A stretch of DNA of 64,000 nt from Bdellovibrio sp. (lineage in GTDB: Bacteria; Bdellovibrionota; Bdellovibrionia; Bdellovibrionales; Bdellovibrionaceae), in NCBI GenBank assembly GCA_036676395.1, contig JAKFCY010000002.1, positions 1,792,001-1,856,000 on the forward strand, read 5' to 3'. The notes under the pieces are model-generated. The model searched no databases, had not been told where the DNA came from, and was given only the letters and a program-made list of their open reading frames with translations. This document shows, piece by piece, positions 37,272-46,411 of the stretch. Position 1 is the stretch's first letter. Each line of letters begins with the position of its first letter. The translations under genes and the position numbers were made by a program.

Positions 37272-39359
37272 TTAACCAACGCCGGCTAAAGCCTGCGGGC
37301 CGTGACTTTTTAAAAGCTCTTCGCGGATCAATTTATTTTCTAAGGCCTTAAGCTTTGGATCTTTTTCTAACAGCTCGAAAGCCGCATCACGGGCTTGTTT
37401 TAAAATTGCAAAATCTCTGACCAGATTGGCCATTTTAAAACCTGGAAGCCCTGATTGTTTAGCTCCCATGAATTCACCGGGGCCACGGATTTCAAGATCG
37501 TATTCGGCAATTTTGAAACCATCGTTGGTTTTTTCCATAAAGGTCACGCGGTCTTTGGTTTCTTCGCTGACAGCGTAACCCATAATCATTACACAAAAAG
37601 ATTTATACTCACCACGACCAACGCGCCCGCGTAATTGATGTAACTGCGATAAACCAAAACGCTCAGCGTGCTCGATTATCATAAGATTCGCGTTCGCTAC
37701 ATCCACACCGACTTCGATCACGGTTGTTGAAACTAACACATCGATTTCATGCTTGCGAAACTGGGTCATGACTTCGTCTTTTTCTGCGGGTTTCATTTTA
37801 CCGTGTAGTAAACCGAAGCGGATTTTTGGGTATTGATGTTTTAATTTTTCAAATTCTTCGGTGGCATTTTTTAAATCGATTTTTTCGCTTTCTTCAACTA
37901 ACGGATACACCACATAACATTGACGGCCCTTAGCAATTTGTTCAGCCATAAAATCCATAGCGTTATTTCGTTTGGCTTCATTCACCACACGAGTTTGAAT
38001 GGGCGACCTGCCAGCTGGCATTTCATCAATGATCGAGACATCCAGATCACCGTACACGGTCATAGCTAATGTTCTGGGAATGGGTGTTGCCGTCATCACT
38101 AAAAAGTGCGGCGATTGGCCTTTAGATTTCAAATGCCCACGCTGAGCTACGCCAAAACGATGCTGTTCATCAATGATAACCAAAGCTAAACTTTTAAATT
38201 GCACCCAATCTTCGATCAGTGCGTGGGTACCGATTAAAAAATGAATTTCGCCGGCAATTAATTTTTCTAATAATTCTTTACGCTCTTTAGTTTTAGTTTT
38301 TCCGGTCAGTAACCCGATTTTCAAACCTAACGGCTCAAGACGCTTAACCGCATTTTGGTAATGCTGCTCTGCTAAGATTTCAGTGGGCGCCATCATACAA
38401 GTCTGAAAACCGCTCTCAAAAGCGTAAAGTGCGGCCATAAAACTCACCATGGTTTTACCGGCTCCCACATCCCCTTGCACTAAACGGTTCATGGGTTTTC
38501 CTGAAGTCATATCTTTTTTTACTTCGTCAAAAGCTTTTCTTTGTGCTCCCGTTAAAGTGAATGGCAATGATTCGATTAATTTTAAATTCAGAGTGTCTTT
38601 ATTAACAACAGTTACACCTTGTTCATTTTTAAGACCCGTTTTTTTACTCGCTAGGTATAATTCTAACCAAAAAAATTCTTCAAAAATGATTCTCTCGTGC
38701 GCTTTTGAAGTTAACGTTGTCATCGCTTCGGCATTTTCGATATCTGGAAAATGAATTTCTTTTAAGGCTTGCTTGCGCGGTATTAATTTATTTTTCTGCA
38801 TCAGACTTGGCGGTAAAGTTTCTACCGGCCACTCTTTAATATCCATGTAAGCTGCATGAATGAGCTTTTGCATTTTAGCCGAGCTAAAGCCTTCAATTTC
38901 GACATAGATCGGCAGCAACTGATCAGTCATTTCTTCTTCAGGCACCACATCTTTTAAATCGGGATGGTGAAATTCTAATTTACCGCGGTAGTTTGTAACC
39001 TTACCGATCACGCGAATTTCGGTGCCGGTTTTAAAACGTTCAAAATAACCTTTATATGGCGTGCGAAAAAATTTGCAGCGAATTTGTCCTGAACTATCGC
39101 GAACTAACACATCATAAATTTTTCGCGACGATCTTCCCATCGCGTAAGAGCTGACACTCATCACTGTCGCCTTAAGCGACACTAATTCATCACCCTTAAG
39201 GGATGCGATATTCCTAGCAGCCCGCCTGTCTTCAAATGCCCGGGGGTAATTTTCAAGCAAATCTTGTATATTTTTGATCCCATTTCGAGACATAAGGGCG
39301 CCAAGCTTTGGCCCGACCCCTTTTAAAAATTGAATATCTGTCTCTAAACTTATAGGCAT
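37272..39359 (-). CDS. recG: ATP-dependent DNA helicase RecG
   Basis: QGDVGAGKT, DEQHRFG, MTATPIPRTL, QLHQLRGRVGRG, DLEIRGPGE. Confidence 0.98.
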   Translation of the reverse strand: MPISLETDIQFLKGVGPKLGALMSRNGIKNIQDLLENYPRAFEDRRAARNIASLKGDELVSLKATVMSVSSYAMGRSSRKIYDVLVRDSSGQIRCKFFRTPYKGYFERFKTGTEIRVIGKVTNYRGKLEFHHPDLKDVVPEEEMTDQLLPIYVEIEGFSSAKMQKLIHAAYMDIKEWPVETLPPSLMQKNKLIPRKQALKEIHFPDIENAEAMTTLTSKAHERIIFEEFFWLELYLASKKTGLKNEQGVTVVNKDTLNLKLIESLPFTLTGAQRKAFDEVKKDMTSGKPMNRLVQGDVGAGKTMVSFMAALYAFESGFQTCMMAPTEILAEQHYQNAVKRLEPLGLKIGLLTGKTKTKERKELLEKLIAGEIHFLIGTHALIEDWVQFKSLALVIIDEQHRFGVAQRGHLKSKGQSPHFLVMTATPIPRTLAMTVYGDLDVSIIDEMPAGRSPIQTRVVNEAKRNNAMDFMAEQIAKGRQCYVVYPLVEESEKIDLKNATEEFEKLKHQYPKIRFGLLHGKMKPAEKDEVMTQFRKHEIDVLVSTTVIEVGVDVANANLMIIEHAERFGLSQLHQLRGRVGRGEYKSFCVMIMGYAVSEETKDRVTFMEKTNDGFKIAEYDLEIRGPGEFMGAKQSGLPGFKMANLVRDFAILKQARDAAFELLEKDPKLKALENKLIREELLKSHGPQALAGVG

Positions 39360-39365
39360 GCATAT

Positions 39366-39393
39366 ATCCTATTTAGGAATGAAGTTTTGTCAA
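39366..39393 (-). promoter_or_regulatory. Sigma70-type promoter of recG
   Basis: TTGACA-N16-TAGGAT, 6 nt before the ATG. Confidence 0.5.
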
Positions 39394-39418
39394 AGTTTAC
39401 CTGAATTTTTGCCGATAG
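39391..39418 (+). promoter_or_regulatory. Putative sigma28 promoter of HD-GYP gene
   Basis: CAAAGTTT-N12-GCCGATAG, 7 nt before the ATG, no SD. Confidence 0.6.
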
Positions 39419-39425
39419 GTTACCT

Positions 39426-40370
39426 ATGAGCACCAAAGAACATTTCAGAATTCGATTAAGCACGATCCGTCCATCGGAGGACATCCCTTTTGCTATTTTC
39501 ATTTACATCGACGGCAAAATGGTCGAATACGTTCGCTTAGGCGACAAATTAGCCGCTGCTAAAATTGCAAGCTTACACGGCAAAGACACCGGTGAATCAT
39601 TTTTCGTAGAAAATATTAATAAACCCCTTTACCGCGAATACGTTAAAGATTCGATGAACTCTTCATTAATCAGCAACGATCAAAAAGCCAATATCCTTCG
39701 TGAAAGTTCGATTGCGATCTTAGAAGATCTTTTTGAAACTCCTGATGTGGGCCAAGCCATCGAAGAAACTAAACCGATCATCAAAGATCTTTTAGAGTTT
39801 ATGCAAAATGCGCCCGAATCTGTGGGCGGTTTAATAAGTTTATCAGGTCATGACTTTTACACTTACAATCATTCGTTCGATGTCAGCATCTACTCGTTAG
39901 GATTAGGCGGCGCTTTGGGCTTTGATAAAAAGACGATGGAAGATTTAGGCTTAGGCAGCTTATTTCACGATGTCGGCAAACGCATGGTTTCGTTAGATGT
40001 ATTATGCAAACGCGGCCCCCTTGATGACGCCGAATGGGTGCAAATGAAAATGCATCCGCAGTTTGGTCTTAAAATTTTAAATGAATCTCCTAATATCTCT
40101 GATGGTATTAAAGCTGCTTGTTATGAACACCACGAATCGTGGAAAGGTGGCGGCTACCCGCAAGACCTGCACGGACAAGAAATTCACCCCTTTGCTCGCA
40201 TCATAGCCCTGACCGACACTTATGATGCAATGACCACACAACGCTCATACAACGTGCCTATGCGCCCAGTAGAGGCTTTAAACATGATGAAAGAAAAGGT
40301 CTCGCAAAAGTTTGATCCTGACATGTTAAAAGCGATGTATTCGGTACTTTTCAAGATGGACGCGGCTTAG
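39426..40370 (+). CDS. HD-GYP cyclic dinucleotide phosphodiesterase
   Basis: YTYNHS, FHDVGK, HPQFG, HHESWKGGGYP, DTYDAMTTQRSY; motifs intact. Confidence 0.92.
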   Translation: MSTKEHFRIRLSTIRPSEDIPFAIFIYIDGKMVEYVRLGDKLAAAKIASLHGKDTGESFFVENINKPLYREYVKDSMNSSLISNDQKANILRESSIAILEDLFETPDVGQAIEETKPIIKDLLEFMQNAPESVGGLISLSGHDFYTYNHSFDVSIYSLGLGGALGFDKKTMEDLGLGSLFHDVGKRMVSLDVLCKRGPLDDAEWVQMKMHPQFGLKILNESPNISDGIKAACYEHHESWKGGGYPQDLHGQEIHPFARIIALTDTYDAMTTQRSYNVPMRPVEALNMMKEKVSQKFDPDMLKAMYSVLFKMDAA

Positions 40371-40484
40371 GTAGGCCGTCCCTTTTTGGGGAGCAATGCG
40401 CCAAGAACTGCGCCCCGTCTTTACTCAAACAATTGACAGATTAGCCAAGCCTTCCTAGCGTGAGGACTCATAAGGAGTTCTTGT

Positions 40485-40955
40485 ATGAAAACTATTTTGA
40501 CTTACGCTTTTGCTTCTCTTTTATCATTGTCTGCTTTTGCATCTAATGATCACCGCCCGACACCACCGCCGAACAAACCAATGCCTTTAATCGTGGGTCA
40601 ATGGCGATCAGACAACCCAATTTATTCTGGTCATGTTTGGATTCACACGAATTTCAACTTCACTCAATACGATATGACTTTACATGCGACATGCGAATTC
40701 AGAGCACCTAATGTTCACTTAACTGTCGGAGTTAATTCTCGCACAGCTTACAACGGAAACTTAATTTACGTTTATGACCGTGCTGAAGCTGGCGTGAACG
40801 ATGGTTACCGCTACTGCAATGCCGCTTTATCTCCATCAACTTGGGAGTTCTACTTCACAGCAGGTGATATAAATCACGCCGTTATTTTCGCACCGGTTCC
40901 CTACCAAATGCGTTTCAATGTTTCGCGTATTTTAGAACCAATACCATTGAATTAA
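40485..40955 (+). CDS. Secreted beta-rich protein
   Basis: TAAGGAG RBS, signal peptide (…SAFA), IVGQW motif reminiscent of lipocalin-like folds. Confidence 0.7.
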   Translation: MKTILTYAFASLLSLSAFASNDHRPTPPPNKPMPLIVGQWRSDNPIYSGHVWIHTNFNFTQYDMTLHATCEFRAPNVHLTVGVNSRTAYNGNLIYVYDRAEAGVNDGYRYCNAALSPSTWEFYFTAGDINHAVIFAPVPYQMRFNVSRILEPIPLN

Positions 40956-41504
40956 TTAAAGACAAATCTTGTCGTTCCACTTAAGAAAGCACTTCGGTGC
41001 TTTTTTAAACACAAGATCTTTTTGAAAATCAGGGCTTGTTAATAACGGCCACGGCGTTTGCGGCTCTGCCTTCGCAAAACGATTGTTCTGACCTTTGATC
41101 GATTTTTTCAAATCATTCAGACTTTTAAGTTCGATATATTTAATTTCTAAATAACTTAAAAGCCATTTCCATTTTTTATTCTCAATAGAATCAGCTTTAT
41201 CATTTAATAACACGATCGTCTTATCGGGATGAATGCCTTTAGAAGCCAAACGTTCAACCGTCTGCTGAAGATCAGGGTCTAACATTCTGGTTTTCTTTTT
41301 CGGATTTGTTAAAACTAAAAAATCTTCTGACCAAAGGTTCTGCGAACCTTCGATGTGAAACGATTCGTATTGAAAAGGGTTACGCGTATCAATCAACACC
41401 GCTTTTTTAACAAACACGTTTGTTGTTTCGTCTAAGACTTTTGTGGGCTTTTGCTGACAAGCCCACACGAAAGATACTAATAAAACTAATAAAAGTTGTT
41501 TCAT
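40956..41504 (-). CDS. Rhodanese-like lipoprotein
   Basis: Lipobox VWAC; LIDTRNPFQYESFHIEGS; no active-site Cys apparent. Confidence 0.7.
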   Translation of the reverse strand: MKQLLLVLLVSFVWACQQKPTKVLDETTNVFVKKAVLIDTRNPFQYESFHIEGSQNLWSEDFLVLTNPKKKTRMLDPDLQQTVERLASKGIHPDKTIVLLNDKADSIENKKWKWLLSYLEIKYIELKSLNDLKKSIKGQNNRFAKAEPQTPWPLLTSPDFQKDLVFKKAPKCFLKWNDKICL

Positions 41505-41507
41505 CGC

Positions 41508-43004
41508 TTACTTATTTTGAATCTTCATTGTTGGAAAGAATAAAATATCACGAATCGATGCACAATTAGTCATAAGCATGACTACACGCTCAATACCGAT
41601 ACCTACACCACCTGTTGGCGGCATACCTGTTTCGATCGCGTGCAAGAAATCTTCATCCATCGGATGCGCTTCTTCATCGTGGCCACGGTTCGCTTCTTGG
41701 TCTTTAAGACGTGAACGCTGCTCTTCTGGATCGTTTAACTCTGAATAAGAATTTCCGATTTCCATGCAAGCTGCGAACGGCTCAAAACGCTCAACAAGCT
41801 TATTGTTATCGCGGTGAATTTTCGTTAACGGAGAAATCTCGACCGGATGATCCATTACAAATGTCGGCTGCCATAAGTGCGGTTCAGCCGCTACTTCGAA
41901 TACTTTCATTTGCAGTTCACCTAAAGATAACTTATCCATTTGCATTTTTTTAAGTTTTTGCGGCTCTTCGTTGGCTTTTAAGTACTCAACCAAAGCTTCG
42001 CGATCTTGCGGGTCGACTTTAGCATGAAGTTTTACACCATCAAGAACAGTGATTTTAGCCCATGGCGGAGTAAAATCGACTTCTTTATCTTGGTACATAA
42101 CTTTCATTGAACCAGTCACATCTTTACAAACGCTTGAAACTAATTCTTCGAACTGTTTCATTTGGTAATTGTAATCAGTGTAGGCTTCATAAAATTCAAG
42201 CATGGTAAATTCTGGATTATGAGTGCGGTCAATTCCTTCATTACGAAAGTTCTTACCGACTTCATAAACTTTTTCAAAACCACCTACGATAAGGCGTTTT
42301 AAATAAAGTTCTGGAGAAATTTTCATATAAAGCTTCATATCCAAAGCTTTGTGATGAGTTGTAAATGGCGTTGCCGCAGCACCACCGTATAACGGCTGAA
42401 GAGTTGGTGTTTCAACTTCCATAAAACCACGGTCATCTAAGAATTTTTTAATGGCTTTGATAATTTTAGAACGAGCCACGAAAACTTTTCTAGAATCTGG
42501 ATCAGAAATTAAATCTAAATGTCTGTGACGATATTTAATTTCAACATCTTGGATGCCGTGAAATTTTTCAGGAAGTGGTTCTAGTGTCTTAGTTAAAATT
42601 TGGAATTTTTTAACGTATAAAGATAACTCACCTTTTTGTGATTTGAAGATATAACCTTCAAGACCCACAATATCACCCAGATCAATCAAATCAAAACTAA
42701 TGCGATCAGCTTCAGATTGCTCTTCAACTTTAATATAGCACTGTAAAGATCCAGTTTGATCCTGGATATTAAAAAAGCTGGCTTTACCCATCGCACGTAA
42801 AGTCATTAAACGACCGGCAATGCGAAAAACTGTTTCTGTCTTTTTTTCTCCGGCAACCAGATTAGAATAATCCTTCACCAACTGTTCAATGTGAATATTC
42901 TTATCAAAAGAATAAGGAAACGGGTTAATACCCTTTTCTTTAAGCGCATGAAGTTTTTTTCTTTTCTCGGCCTTGACTGGATTATCGTGAACAGAATCAG
43001 ACAT
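41508..43004 (-). CDS. lysS: Lysine--tRNA ligase (class II)
   Basis: OB-fold (AGRLM..R.MGKASF), FRNEGIDRTHNPEFTMLE, GMPPTGGVGIGIER. Confidence 0.98.
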   Translation of the reverse strand: MSDSVHDNPVKAEKRKKLHALKEKGINPFPYSFDKNIHIEQLVKDYSNLVAGEKKTETVFRIAGRLMTLRAMGKASFFNIQDQTGSLQCYIKVEEQSEADRISFDLIDLGDIVGLEGYIFKSQKGELSLYVKKFQILTKTLEPLPEKFHGIQDVEIKYRHRHLDLISDPDSRKVFVARSKIIKAIKKFLDDRGFMEVETPTLQPLYGGAAATPFTTHHKALDMKLYMKISPELYLKRLIVGGFEKVYEVGKNFRNEGIDRTHNPEFTMLEFYEAYTDYNYQMKQFEELVSSVCKDVTGSMKVMYQDKEVDFTPPWAKITVLDGVKLHAKVDPQDREALVEYLKANEEPQKLKKMQMDKLSLGELQMKVFEVAAEPHLWQPTFVMDHPVEISPLTKIHRDNNKLVERFEPFAACMEIGNSYSELNDPEEQRSRLKDQEANRGHDEEAHPMDEDFLHAIETGMPPTGGVGIGIERVVMLMTNCASIRDILFFPTMKIQNK

Positions 43005-43013
43005 ATAACATCC

Positions 43014-43940
43014 TTATTTTAACGGTTTGCCGGCGAAAGTTTCCATCACGTTATGTAATAACTCGATAGATTCTTTTTTCGGGCGTTGAAAAGCATTACG
43101 GCCCATGATCGAACCAAACGCCCCACCTTGTGCTAATTCTTTAACTTCAGCTAATAACTCAGGAGTTCCTTTAGCTTCGCCGCCAGAGAAAATCACAACG
43201 CGTTTACCGTTGTAGCAAGATTGAACCACATGACGGATACGATCTGACATTGATCCAACTTTAACACCTTGAGCTTCATAAACTTTTTTAGCTTCAGCTT
43301 GCTCAATGTGAGCAGTCGGTGGTTTTACTTTAATGATATTGGCACCAAGTTGCGCTGCAATGTGAGCCGAGTAAGCGATAACATCAATTCCAGTTTCGCC
43401 TTCTTTAGAAATTTGTTCACCGCGAGCGTATGACCAAATCACCACTGCAAGACCTGCTTTTTTCGCTTGCGCAGAAGCTTCAGCAATTTCCTCGTACATT
43501 TGTTTTCTTTGCGCAGACCCCGGGTAAATTGTAAAACCAATACCCGCACAACCCAGGCGTAAAGCATCATCAACTGAAGATGTTAACGCAGAGATTGGAT
43601 TTTTTGATCCGTAAAGAACATCTGAATTATTAATTTTTAAAATCAATGGGATTTCACCAGCGTAATCACGCGCACATGCAGATAAAGCACCCAATGGAGC
43701 AGCATAAGCATTACAACCAGATTCAATCGCTAAATCAAAGTGGTAACTAGGATCATAAGCATCTGGGTTTTTTGCAAACGTGCGCGCAGGGCCATGTTCA
43801 AAACCTTGGTCAACCGGAAGGATTACCAATTTACCTGTTCCTGCAAGTTTACCATGATTCATCATACGAGCCATGTTTGTTAATACACCGATGTTTTCGT
43901 CGCCATACCAGCTTAAAATCTCACGTACACGTGGGGTCAT
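43014..43940 (-). CDS. fbaB: Class I fructose-bisphosphate aldolase (DhnA/FbaB family)
   Basis: ILPVDQGFEHGP, FTIYPGS, AAQLGANIIKVK (Schiff-base Lys), GSIMGRNAFQR. Confidence 0.93.
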   Translation of the reverse strand: MTPRVREILSWYGDENIGVLTNMARMMNHGKLAGTGKLVILPVDQGFEHGPARTFAKNPDAYDPSYHFDLAIESGCNAYAAPLGALSACARDYAGEIPLILKINNSDVLYGSKNPISALTSSVDDALRLGCAGIGFTIYPGSAQRKQMYEEIAEASAQAKKAGLAVVIWSYARGEQISKEGETGIDVIAYSAHIAAQLGANIIKVKPPTAHIEQAEAKKVYEAQGVKVGSMSDRIRHVVQSCYNGKRVVIFSGGEAKGTPELLAEVKELAQGGAFGSIMGRNAFQRPKKESIELLHNVMETFAGKPLK

Positions 43941-44096
43941 CTTTACTATCTCCTGTAAGCTATAACTTGCGTGCTTTCAGCACGACGGTTCATTTGTTTG
44001 TTTAGACGCATAAACCCTATCGAAAAAAACTATGGCAGGCAAAGAATTACCAGTAAAACTTTGTACTTTCGTAACACACCTGATAAACCTATAGGC

Positions 44097-44639
44097 ATGA
44101 AAGTCACATACGAAAACACGCCAAATCCATCGACACTTAAGTTTAACTTTGCAGCTAAGATTGCAGATTCAACTTCTGAGTACCCAAACGTTGAATCTAC
44201 CGACACTTCTCCTCTTGCTGCCAAAATATTCGGCTTTCCGTGGGTTTCTAGCGTATTTATTGGCCAAGATTTCATGACGATCACCAAGCAAGACTGGGTG
44301 GATTGGTCAGTTATCGCACAACCCCTCACAGGGCTATTATCCGAGCACATCACAAGTGGCCAGCCAGTGTTCGTGCAAAAGACTATTGATCCCGATGTGA
44401 ACGAGAACGATTCACCGATCGTTAAAAAAATTAAACAAGTTTTAAAAGATGAAATTCGTCCCGTTGTCGCAATGGATGGCGGCGATGTGGTGTTTAGTAA
44501 ATACGAAGATAATATTTTGTATATTCAAATGAAAGGCGCTTGTAACGGCTGCCCTTCATCACAAGCGACACTTAAAGATGGAATTCAAGTTCGTCTAATC
44601 GAAGCGATTCCTGAAATTAAATCTGTCGAAGCCATCTAG
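44097..44639 (+). CDS. NifU/Nfu family Fe-S cluster carrier
   Basis: Nfu_N (ENTPNPSTLKF, SPLAAKIF) plus IRPVVAMDGGD…GACNGCPSS. Confidence 0.93.
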   Translation: MKVTYENTPNPSTLKFNFAAKIADSTSEYPNVESTDTSPLAAKIFGFPWVSSVFIGQDFMTITKQDWVDWSVIAQPLTGLLSEHITSGQPVFVQKTIDPDVNENDSPIVKKIKQVLKDEIRPVVAMDGGDVVFSKYEDNILYIQMKGACNGCPSSQATLKDGIQVRLIEAIPEIKSVEAI

Positions 44640-44641
44640 TC

Positions 44642-45703
44642 TTAAAATTTGAATTCAATTGTGAAAAACGGACAGTAATCCTGTCTGTAATCTCCGGTGC
44701 CGTTGCCTCTACTACACTTTGCAACGCTAAATCCTGCGCGTCCGCTTTTTAACACCTGAGATCCAAATATTTTATTAATATATGGACGCAGTGTTTCAGC
44801 TGAATTTAATAAAAGTTTTGCGCCAAAGCCTAATTTTGTTGAACCTAAAACCTCGCCGTTGTTGGCTTCAACTTTCTGATACAACTGTAAGAACAATTCT
44901 CCGATTAATGATCCGATCACAGGTGTCGCCCATAAATCATTCCATGAAGGCGTTTCAAAAAGTGATTCCACGCCGTATTCCCAGAAAAATGTCGACATCA
45001 AAAAACTGTAACCAAATGACTGCATTTTCGAGTATCCAGAAATCCTGGCCGCTTGATAATAGATAGATCCAGAAATTGGGTGCAAAACGAAATTAACAAA
45101 TGGCCCATCTTTATCTCTGACTGGTCCGTTTTTCCAATGTTCAGTAACTTGGTGAACAGCACCATTATCTTTTAATCCCTGTATATCCCAACCTGAACTG
45201 TCTTGATCTTGTGAAGCAAAAGCGGCTACCACACCGCCACTTAATAAAGCGATGTTGCGCGTGCGCTCATAAAGAGCTTGGCGACGTTCACTTGGACCGT
45301 CATCATTAAATAGATTTGGATTATTTTGAAATATCTTTTGCTCTGGAGTTAATGAGTCTTTATTAACTTCTGTTCCTAATGTTACAGACACATAAGGATT
45401 ATTTACATCTAAACGACATAGACTTGGGTTTGCCGGCCAACCTTTAGCTACTAAATGAGTATACATTTTCTGACAACCGGCTTGATCACGGGTATCAACA
45501 ACAATCACCTGCTGCGCAAGCTTTTTACTAGTCACCTCTTGAACGATTTCGCGAAACTGTTCTTTCGTTACCCACTTATCTAATGGCGAGTATTCTGCAA
45601 TTATCTTTTTCACTTCAGGTGAAATCTCTTGCTGGTGCTGAGCCTGGGCGGCAAATGAAATTGATAAAACTACGGCGAATGTTTTTAAGATGTTTTTTTT
45701 CAT
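44642..45703 (-). CDS. Exported DUF3943-like protein
   Basis: Signal peptide; NFVLHPISGSIYYQAAR…WEYGVESLFETPSWNDL…PVIGSLIGE; C-terminal F. Confidence 0.75.
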   Translation of the reverse strand: MKKNILKTFAVVLSISFAAQAQHQQEISPEVKKIIAEYSPLDKWVTKEQFREIVQEVTSKKLAQQVIVVDTRDQAGCQKMYTHLVAKGWPANPSLCRLDVNNPYVSVTLGTEVNKDSLTPEQKIFQNNPNLFNDDGPSERRQALYERTRNIALLSGGVVAAFASQDQDSSGWDIQGLKDNGAVHQVTEHWKNGPVRDKDGPFVNFVLHPISGSIYYQAARISGYSKMQSFGYSFLMSTFFWEYGVESLFETPSWNDLWATPVIGSLIGELFLQLYQKVEANNGEVLGSTKLGFGAKLLLNSAETLRPYINKIFGSQVLKSGRAGFSVAKCSRGNGTGDYRQDYCPFFTIEFKF

Positions 45704-45881
45704 ACAATATATAGTTATGCGAATTTGCGACCACATTTTAAGTTAACCTACTGATTCTAGCGCCTCTTTTAACCCCTTGGTGTTTACCCTTAAACGGCCA
45801 TTGTAAAAACTTTTGACAGGAAAAATTTACCAACTTTAACCTGCGAGATTTGATTCGGCGTAGTTCTTGTAAAAGTGGTCC

Positions 45882-46400
45882 TTGAGGTATTGTTTGAAGT
45901 TAAATCAGATCGCTAACTATTTTGTTGTACTTATGCTGTCAGTGGCAGCTGCGGGCCTTTATTTTGCGCCTACCCAACAAACTAAGCCTGTGGATCAAGT
46001 TAGCTTACCTTCTTTAATTAGTCTCAATTTGAATCAACAGGTGTTTTTAACTAAAACTTTCGAAAAACCTGAATTTAACAGTATTGCTGAAAATTTAATT
46101 CGCGAACAACAGATCGACTTTAAAACTCGCCTATCACCCGTTTACTCTGGTCTTAATTCGTCTTATTTAATGACCTTTTTTGAAACCGCAAAATCAACAG
46201 CTCACTCACGTGATATTCAATTTGTAATTTTTAAGAAATTTCAGGAACACTACCGGATCGTAGCCACTTTAAAAGTGACTAGCCTTGAAGAGACAAGCAT
46301 TAAGCTGTCTTACGGCTCGATCGACTTCTTAGATCAAGAATCTTTTAACTTAAATACTTTAAAATTAGCACAAACTTTAGAATTAGAAGAAAACTTCTAG
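45882..46400 (+). CDS. Hypothetical membrane-anchored protein
   Basis: N-terminal hydrophobic segment; lies directly upstream of the PLD pair; start uncertain. Confidence 0.55.
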   Translation: MRYCLKLNQIANYFVVLMLSVAAAGLYFAPTQQTKPVDQVSLPSLISLNLNQQVFLTKTFEKPEFNSIAENLIREQQIDFKTRLSPVYSGLNSSYLMTFFETAKSTAHSRDIQFVIFKKFQEHYRIVATLKVTSLEETSIKLSYGSIDFLDQESFNLNTLKLAQTLELEENF

Positions 46401-46411
46401 GAGCAATAGCA

